Positions 63,817 to 64,000 of a stretch of 64,000 nt of DNA are shown here, piece by piece. The notes under the pieces are model-generated. The model was not told the DNA's origin, did not search any database, and saw only the letters and a list, made by a program, of their open reading frames with translations. Source of the stretch: Sedimentisphaerales bacterium. Its GTDB lineage: Bacteria; Planctomycetota; Phycisphaerae; Sedimentisphaerales; SM23-30. Where the stretch lies: contig CAXXMR010000013.1 in assembly GCA_963663805.2 (NCBI GenBank), positions 96,001 to 160,000 of the forward strand. The letters are read 5' to 3'. A program made the translations under genes and the position numbers. Position 1 is the stretch's first letter, and every line of letters starts with the position of its first letter.

Positions 63817-64000
63817 TCCTATACGAAAACTTTATAGTCATAATTTATGTAAAACAACAACATCCCTATATAAAACTTGTCCCTGAAAGGCTCTACACAG
63901 GTCTGACATTAGATAGCAAAAGTAATTGCGATAGCTCTATAGTGTAATGTCCTGGTACAAAACCTATACGACATCATTCAATATTTTACTCAAGTTGTCA

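Larger units (their letters stand above)
30570..64000. mobile_element. Putative tRNA-Phe-integrated genomic island (extends beyond the window)
   Basis: tRNA 3' fragment, abrupt change in composition and strand, many IS elements and pseudogenes; no integrase seen in the window. Confidence 0.65.

Overview
The window has two halves. (1) Bases 1 to about 29.7 kb are core chromosome: rpoB (5'-partial), rpoC, rpsL, rpsG, fusA, an ~890-bp intergenic region, then the S10, spc and alpha ribosomal-protein operons, a HIT gene and a SorC/LsrR-type regulator. Gene order and protein style suggest Planctomycetota, probably Phycisphaerae (inference). Oddities in this half: fusA is broken by two +1 homopolymer insertions; tuf and rpmD are absent; uL22 carries an N-terminal XRE-type HTH domain; and a compact ~140-nt multi-stem RNA candidate with its own near-consensus sigma70 promoter sits where tuf usually lies. 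(2) After an IS200/IS605 element and a 3' fragment of tRNA-Phe (att-like, 30570-30615), the rest looks like an integrated genomic island that runs off the right edge. It carries a ~23-kb minus-strand biosynthetic-type cluster: six radical SAM enzymes (three B12-dependent), a QueC-fold ATP pyrophosphatase, an amidohydrolase, agmatinase, a decayed speD-speE fusion, an FdtA-like isomerase, two DegT aminotransferases, GT2 and GT4 glycosyltransferases, an NAD-dependent epimerase, a PIG-L deacetylase, HD and HAD hydrolases and a truncated ADP-ribosylglycohydrolase. The cluster is a GC mosaic with decayed paralog remnants and IS scars. The right part holds IS1595 and IS66 elements with intact TIRs and TSDs, a divergent RtcB, and PcfJ-like and PEGA proteins. 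All calls come from reading motifs by eye; no database searches or folding programs were run.
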